Source of the DNA: an uncultured virus (IMG/VR IMGVR_UViG_3300022929_002303)
Lineage: Duplodnaviria > Heunggongvirae > Uroviricota > Caudoviricetes
Reading direction: 5' to 3' (one strand)
Virus record (IMG/VR): IMGVR_UViG_3300022929_002303
Length of the DNA stretch: 64,000 nt
Part shown: positions 49,375 through 58,256 of the stretch, one piece after another
Layout: every line of letters starts with the position of its first letter
Numbering within the stretch: the first letter of the stretch is position 1
The notes under the pieces: model-generated
Databases searched by the model: none
What the model was told of the DNA's origin: nothing
The model's input: only the letters and a program-made list of their open reading frames with translations
Translations under genes and position numbers: made by a program

Positions 49375-49994
49375 GAGCAACAGAATTTATAAGTGAAGGA
49401 TTTGCAGGAATACCTGATTATAAAACAATGCCTGCTTACAAACTTAAAAAAGCATCTAAAGGTAAACACAAATTCTTTTTGCCTACAGACACTCCTGTCC
49501 CTGCAGGTGTATCTGCATTAGACGAATACAATTTAGATAATGAAAAAGGTTTGGGTGTCGTTCCTAATAATACAGGCGGTCAACCAGACTATTTCGGTAT
49601 TCGTGTTATGATGAAACCTTCTACATTTCATAAGTTAGCATTAAGTTTACCAAGAGATATGCGTAGTTCACAATATGAAGATTTAGTTGATAAAGTTCGT
49701 AAGGGCGTCCCTATTGCAAGTCCTTTCTTATCTATTGTAATACCCGATGAGTGGGAAGAAGGCGATCTATCACAGCCTGCGAAGGTCACAGGGCACGAAG
49801 GAAGACACAGAATGTATGCAGTCGATGAAGTAGACGGAGACGTTCCAGTTGAAGTACATATATGGGGAAGATTTAAATCTAGTGAAATGCGTAGGCGACA
49901 TCTCACCGATGAGATGATACAAGAACTAATAAATGGACTCGTTGACGAGACCGGAAATAATTACATTCCTAATATCGGCACACTAAAGAACTAA
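49371..49994 (+). CDS. Leader-bearing ParB/Srx-like protein
   Basis: MRATEFISE|G; 'M.P..F..LA...I..PFL.I...V.GHEGRHR..A....VPV'. Confidence 0.65.
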   Translation: MRATEFISEGFAGIPDYKTMPAYKLKKASKGKHKFFLPTDTPVPAGVSALDEYNLDNEKGLGVVPNNTGGQPDYFGIRVMMKPSTFHKLALSLPRDMRSSQYEDLVDKVRKGVPIASPFLSIVIPDEWEEGDLSQPAKVTGHEGRHRMYAVDEVDGDVPVEVHIWGRFKSSEMRRRHLTDEMIQELINGLVDETGNNYIPNIGTLKN

Positions 49995-49995
49995 T

Positions 49996-51639
49996 ATGTC
50001 TAAAGGTCACATGATAATCATGGGTGGGTTTATCGAACTGCATGACAATATGTTTGAACAAGCCGATGATCTTACAGAATATTGGTGGCCCAGTCTTAAA
50101 CGAAGTGCAGGTAGTCATCGCATTGCAACTGTACTTAGAGAAGAAGGTTATGATGTAGAAGTACTTGATTTTTGGCCTGCTTGGTCTCGTTTACAATTAA
50201 TACAATTTTTTCAAACACATGTAAGAGAAGATACATTGGCAATTGGACTTTCAGTAATGTTTCCGTTCGGAAACATAGCCCGCAAGGGTGTCGGCGCTAA
50301 AAAGAAAATCCTAGAAATGCTTCAAACGATAAAATTTTTAAAAGAACTATATCCACATGTTAAATTTGTAGGAGGATCGCAAAATTTAGTATCGTTGACA
50401 GATTGGGATTTAGATTATTATGTAACTGGGTATGCAGAACTTGCAATTAGTGAACTGCTTAAATATTTTAAACGTGAATTTAATACTTTAAAAATAACAG
50501 AACGTAAACTAGATCATAAAAAAATAAATGTTATAGATTCTTTGCATGATTATCCAGCATATCCTATGCCTACTGCTCATATAAAGTATGAAGAACGAGA
50601 TTATATAAAACCCACCGAAGTATTGTCTTTAGAACTTTCTCGAGGTTGTAAATTTGCTTGTAAGTTTTGTGCGTTTAGTTTATTGGGAGTAAGGGGAGAT
50701 TATTCTCGGTGTAAGGATAGCCTTAGAGAAGAATTGTTAGATAATTATAACAAATGGGGAGTTACAAATTATAATTGCACTGATGAAACAATCAATGATA
50801 AACCTGAAAAATTAGCCAAATATGCTGAAGTAATTAGAAGTTTACCGTTCCAACCCCATATGGGAGGATTTATGAGAGCGGACTTGTTAGTAGCCAAACC
50901 TAGTACATGGCAAGATTTATATGATATGGGTTTACGATCACACTATTATGGTTTAGAATCTTTCAATCATGAGGCGGCTAAGTATGTAGGTAAAGGCATG
51001 AACCCAGATAAACTAAAAAGTGGGTTACTTGAAGTACAAAAATGGTTTAAAGACAAAGAAGCAGGGAGAGGAGATTATAATGTCCATACATCAATAATTT
51101 TAGGATTACCGGGCGAGACAAAAGAGTCATTCCTTGAAGGTGCAGACTGGTTAAAGAATAACTTTGGTGGTCATTCATATGGGATATCTGTTTTGTATAT
51201 GGGAGATTCTACTATGGCTAACTTTCTTTCGCATCCTTCAGAGTTTGAGGTTACATGGAGAGAAGGAGATGTATTTAGACAATTATCATTAGAAGACCTA
51301 AAAGAATTAGATAAAGCAGATCCGATAAAAGATCCTGAAATTAGAACAGAAATATTTGAAAGAAATCAAGTTAAGTGGGAACATGATACTATGAACATTT
51401 GGGACGCATATAAAACATTTGACGAAATGATGGCTGATCCTAATTCATTAAAAAATCATGTCAGTGGACCCGGTCCTTTTTCTTATCACAGATTTCTTAC
51501 AACAGGTAAATATACAATGCAAGATATTTACGATAATACTTACGGAGAAAACGGTTTTGAACAAATAACTGATAGTGATATAAATAGTCATAGAGAATTT
51601 CTTAATGATTATATTAATAAAAAATTAGGCAAAGAGTGA
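49996..51639 (+). CDS. B12-binding-domain radical SAM enzyme
   Basis: 'IA.VLR..GY.V.V.D' N-terminal domain; 'E.SRGCKFACKFC'; 'DET.N'; 'G.ES'; 'I.GLPGET'. Confidence 0.88.
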   Translation: MSKGHMIIMGGFIELHDNMFEQADDLTEYWWPSLKRSAGSHRIATVLREEGYDVEVLDFWPAWSRLQLIQFFQTHVREDTLAIGLSVMFPFGNIARKGVGAKKKILEMLQTIKFLKELYPHVKFVGGSQNLVSLTDWDLDYYVTGYAELAISELLKYFKREFNTLKITERKLDHKKINVIDSLHDYPAYPMPTAHIKYEERDYIKPTEVLSLELSRGCKFACKFCAFSLLGVRGDYSRCKDSLREELLDNYNKWGVTNYNCTDETINDKPEKLAKYAEVIRSLPFQPHMGGFMRADLLVAKPSTWQDLYDMGLRSHYYGLESFNHEAAKYVGKGMNPDKLKSGLLEVQKWFKDKEAGRGDYNVHTSIILGLPGETKESFLEGADWLKNNFGGHSYGISVLYMGDSTMANFLSHPSEFEVTWREGDVFRQLSLEDLKELDKADPIKDPEIRTEIFERNQVKWEHDTMNIWDAYKTFDEMMADPNSLKNHVSGPGPFSYHRFLTTGKYTMQDIYDNTYGENGFEQITDSDINSHREFLNDYINKKLGKE

Positions 51640-51645
51640 TAAATA
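51638..51645 (+). promoter_or_regulatory. Late promoter GATAAATA
   Basis: 5-nt spacer to ATG 51651. Confidence 0.7.
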
Positions 51646-51650
51646 TTAAT

Positions 51651-52910
51651 ATGGACAAGTATAAAAAGACAGCAGGATTAAACTATTTGAGTGAAAACTC
51701 ATATAAGGGAGACGGTTCTCCTGGCATGGTAATGGGTATTGCTAGTGATGCTCGTAGTGATACTAACACATATGAAGGTAAAAAGCCTACGACTAACAGT
51801 AAACACAGTACTGAAAGAGAACTAAAGAAATATGATCCAGCACATGGTCATACAAAACCAGAAGGGGGAAATCCCCAAGTATGTCCTAGTTGTAAGGGAG
51901 AAGGTTGTACATCATGCGGAAACACAGGAGAAGTCATCAGCAAAAAACGCAATGACCCTAAAGTCGATGAATCATTAGAAGATATTAAAAGATTATCTGG
52001 ACTAACAGAGTCTGGTTTTACAGGGGTTGAGGAAATTGATTTATTAAATGACCCAAATGGTGATCGCACACAGAAAGCAATATTAAGGCATCAATTAATG
52101 ACAGATTATAATATTACTTTTTTACCTATACCTGGTGATATTGTTGATCATCCTGAGTTAGGCAAAGTAAAAGTTTTAAAAATTATAGGTCTTGATACTT
52201 ATGGTGGTCCAGCAGAATATGAAATAGAGAATAGAAACGGTAAATCTTTTCCTATAACTTTTGATGAGTTGACAGATATGATTGGCTTCGGAGAAATAAG
52301 TGATGTGCCACAATCAGAAATATCAGAAGATATTAAAAGATTATCTGGCTTATCAGAAGCATTTGCTTGGGACGAGATTGACGAAGCAAAACGAAAGGCA
52401 AGACATGATGATGACGATGATGAAGAAGAAGATGAAAAGCCAGAAGATCCTGAAAAAGATAAAGTCCCGCATATTTTAATGCAACTAAGAAAAGCCCAAG
52501 ACGTAGACGGCGATCACCCAATTAAGTTTTTAGACGGTTCAGAAGTTATTTTACCATTAAAAGATATCAATTTGTTTACAGAAATGTACATGAATGTCAA
52601 GCCACAAGACAGAGAAAGATTACAACAAGTGGCTATTATGAGTAAAGATAAGTTTGATAAACTATTGACGTTCTTCACACCGAAACACGGAAAATTAGAA
52701 AAGAGTATCTATGAAGATGAAGAAGCAGGAGATATGATTACAGAAGAACAGTTTGACGAAGCCGCAGGCAAAAAAGATGCTTGTTATCACAAAGTCAAAA
52801 GCAGATATAAAGTATGGCCTAGTGCATACGCATCTGGTGCTTTAGTTAAGTGTCGTAAAGTAGGTGCATCCAATTGGGGCACTGGCGGAAAGAAAAAGAA
52901 GAAAAAATAA
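51651..52910 (+). CDS. Modular putative internal polyprotein
   Basis: Start re-called to MDKYKKTAGL; CxxC.G.GC..C finger; EDIKRLSGL x2; C-terminal 'DACYHKVKSRYKVWPSAYASGALVKCRK' module. Confidence 0.7.
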   Translation: MDKYKKTAGLNYLSENSYKGDGSPGMVMGIASDARSDTNTYEGKKPTTNSKHSTERELKKYDPAHGHTKPEGGNPQVCPSCKGEGCTSCGNTGEVISKKRNDPKVDESLEDIKRLSGLTESGFTGVEEIDLLNDPNGDRTQKAILRHQLMTDYNITFLPIPGDIVDHPELGKVKVLKIIGLDTYGGPAEYEIENRNGKSFPITFDELTDMIGFGEISDVPQSEISEDIKRLSGLSEAFAWDEIDEAKRKARHDDDDDEEEDEKPEDPEKDKVPHILMQLRKAQDVDGDHPIKFLDGSEVILPLKDINLFTEMYMNVKPQDRERLQQVAIMSKDKFDKLLTFFTPKHGKLEKSIYEDEEAGDMITEEQFDEAAGKKDACYHKVKSRYKVWPSAYASGALVKCRKVGASNWGTGGKKKKKK

Positions 52911-53224
52911 TGCGTATTAATGAAATCTTAACTGAGTCAATTATCCAAGAAGATTTACGAGCCTGGTTCGGCAAAGGCAAAGACGGTGGTGCCGGAGGCG
53001 GTGGTTGGGATAGATACAATACCAAAGGCGAACGTGTAGGTAAATGCGGTGATGGTAAAGGCAAAGGCAAACCTAAGTGTTTATCTAAAAGTAAAGCCGC
53101 AAGTCTACGTAACTCTGGTGGCAAGAAAGCAATTGGAAACGCAGTCAAAAGAAAGAAAAAGAATGACCCTAATAAGAATCGCAGGGGTAAAGCAAAGAAC
53201 GTAAGCAACAAGCCGAAGAAGTAA
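52910..53224 (+). CDS. Small, highly basic leader-bearing protein
   Basis: Start re-called to MRINEILTE|S (TAATG coupling); 'EDLR.WF.....GGW.......CG......PKC....KA'. Confidence 0.75.
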   Translation: MRINEILTESIIQEDLRAWFGKGKDGGAGGGGWDRYNTKGERVGKCGDGKGKGKPKCLSKSKAASLRNSGGKKAIGNAVKRKKKNDPNKNRRGKAKNVSNKPKK

Positions 53225-53225
53225 G

Positions 53226-53420
53226 ATGAGAGCATCTGAAGTTGTCAAGCCATATCATCTTTATGCCGCAACTGTGTTTGTACAGCAACCGGGATACACA
53301 GGCAACATGGACTTCACTGTCTCTGCTCAAACACATTTTGAAGCAAGACAATTAATGAAAAAGATGTATAATATTCCTGACTATAGAATAGGAAGTTTAC
53401 GTTTAGTTAAACGAGGTTAA
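53226..53420 (+). CDS. Small hypothetical protein
   Basis: 64 aa, starts MRASEVVK. Confidence 0.6.
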   Translation: MRASEVVKPYHLYAATVFVQQPGYTGNMDFTVSAQTHFEARQLMKKMYNIPDYRIGSLRLVKRG

Positions 53421-54160
53421 GCAGGTTTACTGTAAACAAAATACTTTCTGTCATTAGCATCTTGTTTGAACGTCTCTAGTTCTAATCCAAACTCTTTAGC
53501 AAAGTTGTGAGCAACTTCAAAACTCCACTCAAATACTTCTACCCAAGGCCCGTTCTTATGTTGAATACCTGGATTGACTCTAAAGAACATCTTACCACCT
53601 TTAGCAAGTAACTTATTACAGTTTGCTAATCTCACTCTAATATCTTCAATACTATTAAAGTTAATAGATCCTAATGCTATAATTGCATCAAAGTGTTCAT
53701 CAACATTTGCATATTCTAAAACATCAACTTGATAGTCTGACATATTGTTATAAGGATCAATGCCGATCAAGTTTGGTATACGTTCTTTAAATTGATTGTA
53801 TCCGCAACCTACATCTAATACTGCTTTAGGATTAAGTTTTTTAACTTCATCAACTAACTGCCAGCCTGTATAACTATATATTTCTGTCTGTGGCTTCCAA
53901 ATTTCACCGAAAAACATACTAGAGTATTTGATGTCTAGTTGATCAACAACAGATTCGATAGTGCCTTCCCATCTAATTTTTGCATCTAAGTCCATTGTTG
54001 CTAAAATATCTTCTTTGAACTTATCAAACTTGACTGGAGTAATAGCCATTTCTTCAAACGTAGTTTTCTCATTGAGATTAGTTCTGATGTGATCGTATTT
54101 AGGTAAGTTCAGTGCCTCATCTAAATTTTCCATAACCAAGTTAAAAATTTTGCTATTCAT
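53417..54160 (-). CDS. Class I SAM-dependent methyltransferase
   Basis: 'VLDVGCG', 'GIDP', 'FD.IIALGS.NF', 'LL..GG..F'; SD AAGGA. Confidence 0.85.
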   Translation of the reverse strand: MNSKIFNLVMENLDEALNLPKYDHIRTNLNEKTTFEEMAITPVKFDKFKEDILATMDLDAKIRWEGTIESVVDQLDIKYSSMFFGEIWKPQTEIYSYTGWQLVDEVKKLNPKAVLDVGCGYNQFKERIPNLIGIDPYNNMSDYQVDVLEYANVDEHFDAIIALGSINFNSIEDIRVRLANCNKLLAKGGKMFFRVNPGIQHKNGPWVEVFEWSFEVAHNFAKEFGLELETFKQDANDRKYFVYSKPA

Positions 54161-54188
54161 CGAATTTTTTTGTCCTTACTGTAAATTG

Positions 54189-54204
54189 TATAAATATATT
54201 TATA
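54189..54204. promoter_or_regulatory. Palindromic bidirectional late promoter TATAAATA/TATTTATA
   Basis: Perfect 16-bp palindrome TATAAATATATTTATA between divergent genes. Confidence 0.6.
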
Positions 54205-54241
54205 ATTTTTATGAAGTGCGTATATTTTTCTCAATCCCAGA

Positions 54242-54249
54242 GATAAATA
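54242..54249 (+). promoter_or_regulatory. Late promoter GATAAATA(CTAG)
   Basis: Upstream of the enzyme operon. Confidence 0.7.
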
Positions 54250-54294
54250 CTAGTAGTGATTATTTTAATTACTACAACCCTTAAGGAGAATAAT

Positions 54295-54993
54295 ATGAAA
54301 TCAAACAAAGAATTTGTTGCTAGTATTGTCGAAGGCAATCAAGCATTATTCAAAGCAAGTCAACTTAACGTTGCAGAGTATTTCGACAACATGCCTGACG
54401 AGGATGCGTTGGTAGAACACTTTGTTGGACGTATGGTTAACGAAAGAATGAACATGGTAGAGATTAGTAATAATATTGCATCTATGCCTGCTGATGCAGA
54501 TCCTGTTGAACTTCAAAACTTAACTAAACAAGCAAACGATGAAGCAATTCATTTTCGTTTAGTAAAAGAAGTTATTGAACATATCAAAGGTGAAGAGATT
54601 GATGTTGCAGAAGCAATCGCCGCTGAAGAAGCAAAGCCTACTGCTAAAGGTGCAAGCCTTTTAGAAAAGTATGGTGCTGATTCTGATCCAGCCGCTCTTG
54701 CCGCATATCAATTAGTTGCAGAAGGTCGTGCAGAAGCCGTTTGGAACACAATGGCAGAAGTAATCGATGATGAGTTTATCTCAACTCGTTATGCTAAAAT
54801 TGCTAAAGACGAAGGTTTCCACAGCACAATCGGCGCAATGAAGTTAGAAACTTTAGTCGGTGATGCTGAAACTCAAGCACGTATCGAAGAACTTGTTTCA
54901 AACATGCGTAAAGACTTGTATGAAATTTCATGCAAAAACACTAGCCATAATGCAGAAGGACAAAAATTAGTATCAGAAGCATACGGTTGGTAA
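54295..54993 (+). CDS. Ferritin-like di-iron protein
   Basis: Two E...DExxH ligand sets (NERMN...DEAIH; AEGRA...DEGFH). Start re-called to ATG 54295 (SD AAGGAG). Confidence 0.8.
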   Translation: MKSNKEFVASIVEGNQALFKASQLNVAEYFDNMPDEDALVEHFVGRMVNERMNMVEISNNIASMPADADPVELQNLTKQANDEAIHFRLVKEVIEHIKGEEIDVAEAIAAEEAKPTAKGASLLEKYGADSDPAALAAYQLVAEGRAEAVWNTMAEVIDDEFISTRYAKIAKDEGFHSTIGAMKLETLVGDAETQARIEELVSNMRKDLYEISCKNTSHNAEGQKLVSEAYGW

Positions 54994-55006
54994 GCAGAAG
55001 TATGTA

Positions 55007-55558
55007 GTGAATATCGGTCTATCACAGAGGATATTACATTATAACAACGTGGCGTATGATTGCTTAGAACACGGTTGGTACAGCCTGTTAAGTGATCATA
55101 CGTTTTTTTATATCCCTAACATAATAGAACAAGACTATAAAAAATTAGTTAGAGATTTAGACTTAGTAATCTTAACAGGTGGAGACGCAAGTCCTCAAAG
55201 AATACTAGTCGAAACAAAAGTATTAACGCAATGTTATATACAAGACAAACCTGTATTAGGAGTTTGTCACGGTGCATTTCTTATTAACGAATTAGAGCAA
55301 GGAGTTAATAGCACAATAGAAAATCATTACGATACTACTCACGGGATTATTTTAGAAGGTGAGAAGTACGAAGTAAATAGTTTTCACATGAATCAGTTAA
55401 AGGAAGTTGGCGCAGATTTAAATGCTATTGCACACGCCGATGATGGAAGTATTGAAGCATTTAGACACAAAAACAGAAAACTTTGGGGACTAGTTTGGCA
55501 TCCTGAAAGAATGCAAGATCCTGTTTTACCTGACGACCTTAGGAGTTTTATACTATGA
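55007..55558 (+). CDS. Class I glutamine amidotransferase / peptidase C26-like (gamma-glutamyl hydrolase)
   Basis: 'LILTGG.D', nucleophile 'GVCHG', 'VNSFH', 'WHPE'. Confidence 0.88.
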   Translation: MNIGLSQRILHYNNVAYDCLEHGWYSLLSDHTFFYIPNIIEQDYKKLVRDLDLVILTGGDASPQRILVETKVLTQCYIQDKPVLGVCHGAFLINELEQGVNSTIENHYDTTHGIILEGEKYEVNSFHMNQLKEVGADLNAIAHADDGSIEAFRHKNRKLWGLVWHPERMQDPVLPDDLRSFIL

Positions 55559-56331
55559 GAGTATTAATATTTGGTCTACCCGGAAGTGGTAAGACATATC
55601 TAGCAAAACGACTAGTTGAATACTTAGGTGACAATGTTGCCTGGTTTAATGCTGATCAGGTTCGCAGTGATGTAAATGACTGGGACTTTTCAGAAGAAGG
55701 TAGATTAAGACAAAAACAAAGAATAGATAATCTTTGTAAAGAAGCCGAAGACAATGGTAAAATTGCAATCGCAGATTTTATTTGTCCTTTTAAAAAAGCA
55801 AGAAAAGAATTTAGTGCTGATTATGAAATCTTTGTCGATACAATTGAAGAAGGTATATTTGAAGACACAAATCAAATATTTGAAAGACCAATTGCTACAG
55901 ACTATAATATACATGAAAAACGAGGTGATATAGATGCAAAAATTATTGCATATGAAATAGGACAAAGATTTATATGGGATAATACAGCACCTACAACTCA
56001 AATGTTAGGTAGATGGCAACCATGGCATGGAGGACATCAAGCATTATTTGATAGAGCAATAGCAAAACACGGACAAGTTTTTTTAATGGTCAGAGATATG
56101 CCCATAGATATTAATAATCCTTTTCCGGCGTATGAAGTAGTAGAAAATTTACAACAAGTTTTATACAAACATGCAGGAAAAGTAAAAATACAAGTTGTGC
56201 CTAACTTATTAAACATCACATATGGTAGAGATGTAGGATACAAAATCGAACAAGAAACGTTTGAACGTGAAGTACATGATATAAGTGCAACTAAAATACG
56301 TGAACAAATGAGACAAGACGGAGTATTATAA
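55555..56331 (+). CDS. Adenylylsulfate (APS) kinase-like domain fused to an HxGH nucleotidyltransferase
   Basis: 'GLPGSGKT.LA...NAD.VR....DFS..GR...DFICP...R...FE.P' followed by 'LGRWQPWHGGH...I.YGRDVGY...ISATKIR'. Confidence 0.8.
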   Translation: MRVLIFGLPGSGKTYLAKRLVEYLGDNVAWFNADQVRSDVNDWDFSEEGRLRQKQRIDNLCKEAEDNGKIAIADFICPFKKARKEFSADYEIFVDTIEEGIFEDTNQIFERPIATDYNIHEKRGDIDAKIIAYEIGQRFIWDNTAPTTQMLGRWQPWHGGHQALFDRAIAKHGQVFLMVRDMPIDINNPFPAYEVVENLQQVLYKHAGKVKIQVVPNLLNITYGRDVGYKIEQETFEREVHDISATKIREQMRQDGVL

Positions 56332-57002
56332 TGAAAGGAATGGTAAACGTTTTTGGAACGTTAGACATAAAAGATCGTTACAACATGACGATTATCAAAT
56401 TAGAAGCCAATGAACTTAAGACTTATAAACCAATTGGTATGGCGTATGTTATGTTAAGAAATGCTAGTTTTGAAAGCAATAACATTACATTAACAAATAA
56501 AAATGCATGTGTCAATACAGGAGATAATTTTACAATATCTTGCGGAGAACAAGGCTCTGCATGTATCGTTGAGTTTCCAGGACTTAGTTTATTAGAAAGT
56601 CGCATTTTTATACAAGAATGTTTAGACATAGGTAACTTAAGTTATATGGACGGCGGCACAAATACTACAGCAATCAATCCAGGTAGATTAGGTGACCCTG
56701 TTATTAACTATGTGCATTTTCCTGCAGGTATGTATCAGACATTACACACGCACCCTTCTCACAGAGTTGGACTAGTCATCAAAGGCAATGGCAAGATAGA
56801 ATTAGACAACAAAGAATTTTATGATGTCAACGAAGGCGAAGTATTTTTCATGCGTAGAAATTGTTTACATAACTTTATCTGTGACAAAGACGAAGATGTA
56901 ATCGTGTTTGTATGGGCGCCAGACAGTGGTACAGGCCCTACAGATGAAATTAACCCATTAAAAATTAGAACATATGTTGGACAGCAAAGATATCACAAGT
57001 AA
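56331..57002 (+). CDS. Cupin-domain protein
   Basis: 'QTLHTHPSHR.G.V..G.G...GE.F......H.F' metal-binding cupin motifs. Confidence 0.8.
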   Translation: MKGMVNVFGTLDIKDRYNMTIIKLEANELKTYKPIGMAYVMLRNASFESNNITLTNKNACVNTGDNFTISCGEQGSACIVEFPGLSLLESRIFIQECLDIGNLSYMDGGTNTTAINPGRLGDPVINYVHFPAGMYQTLHTHPSHRVGLVIKGNGKIELDNKEFYDVNEGEVFFMRRNCLHNFICDKDEDVIVFVWAPDSGTGPTDEINPLKIRTYVGQQRYHK

Positions 57003-57639
57003 AAAAATCTTAATCATTACAGGTCCACAAGGGTCTGGTAATCATTTATTCAGTAGACTGTTTAGTTTACATGATGACGTAGGCGGCTGGGAAGAATTAA
57101 ATGAAAAGTATTGGGTACCCAGTGATGAAGAAACATTTGCTGAGTATTGGGTTTATCCTGAACGTCTAAAAGATTTTGATTTTAGTAAACATAATTACTG
57201 GGTAGCAAACGTCAGTTGTCCATTCATGTACGATGGCACACGTTATACACCTAAAATAAAAGAGTTTGCAGACGAATGTATTAAACTAGGCATTGATGTT
57301 ACAATAGGTATAATCGTAAGAGATAAAAACATAAACGTAGAACAACAGAAAAGAGTTAGAAAAGAAGTAACTCTGCCGATAGCACTTAACTATTACTATA
57401 CAAATCTATTAGATTATAATGTGCATTTCTTAGACCATGAAGCATTCTTTTTACATAAGGCTTATTATCTAAGATATGTAAGTAAAATTTTAGACTTTCC
57501 AGTTGCATATGATAATCCAGATATAATGAAATTTATTTGGGAAGATGCAAATCATAAGTATGTCAAATATGTAGACGAACATTGGCTTGACAAAGAGGTG
57601 TGGGACGGTATTAGAACTAAGGAAGAAAGAAACGTATGA
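56974..57639 (+). CDS. Sulfotransferase-like P-loop protein
   Basis: 'LIITGPQGSGNH...LFS.H..V' resembles the 5'-PAPS loop; 'IIVRD' resembles the 3'-phosphate motif. Confidence 0.6.
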   Translation: MLDSKDITSKKILIITGPQGSGNHLFSRLFSLHDDVGGWEELNEKYWVPSDEETFAEYWVYPERLKDFDFSKHNYWVANVSCPFMYDGTRYTPKIKEFADECIKLGIDVTIGIIVRDKNINVEQQKRVRKEVTLPIALNYYYTNLLDYNVHFLDHEAFFLHKAYYLRYVSKILDFPVAYDNPDIMKFIWEDANHKYVKYVDEHWLDKEVWDGIRTKEERNV

Positions 57640-58256
57640 AATATATTTTTGTAGCAGGGGCACCCGGATCTAAATGGAGTAGTGTATGTAAAAACATCTA
57701 CTACAGTGATTCTATAGATCAAAGTGATGCTAGTGAAGACAGAGAGTATTGGCATGATGCTAGTGGGCAACTAGACTTAATGCATATTGGTGCATACTTT
57801 GATCCAGGCATGGAGTTCGGAGATTTCTTTTTGTTTCTTAACAAGTATACAAAAGAAGAATGTGAAGCAGAGTTTGATAGACCTTTTTCAGGCGAAGGTG
57901 TGCGTATTATTAAGAGTCATGTGTTCGCACATCACATAGACTTTCTAAAAGATAACTGGCCAGACTGCCCTATTGTTTTAGTTCACAGAGATAATGATGC
58001 ATGTTTGGGTTGGTGGGTAAGATGTGGACACTTTGATATTACATACCCTCTCTATCATAAATATTATGTGAATTTAAGAGAAATGAGTAAGATTGTAGAC
58101 GATCAAAACAGAGATATCGTCAATGCATGGAAAAGATATGGTGGCATTAGCCCGAAAGATAATTTAGATTTAGCAGATATATTAAAAATCAATAGGCCAC
58201 CAGAAGAATATCAGCAAGACTACAATCTAAAAGATATTGGAATAAAAGTAATATGA
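57636..58256 (+). CDS. Sulfotransferase-like P-loop protein
   Basis: 'IFVAGAPGSKWS', 'IIKSH', 'P...IVLVHRD'. Confidence 0.6.
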   Translation: MKYIFVAGAPGSKWSSVCKNIYYSDSIDQSDASEDREYWHDASGQLDLMHIGAYFDPGMEFGDFFLFLNKYTKEECEAEFDRPFSGEGVRIIKSHVFAHHIDFLKDNWPDCPIVLVHRDNDACLGWWVRCGHFDITYPLYHKYYVNLREMSKIVDDQNRDIVNAWKRYGGISPKDNLDLADILKINRPPEEYQQDYNLKDIGIKVI

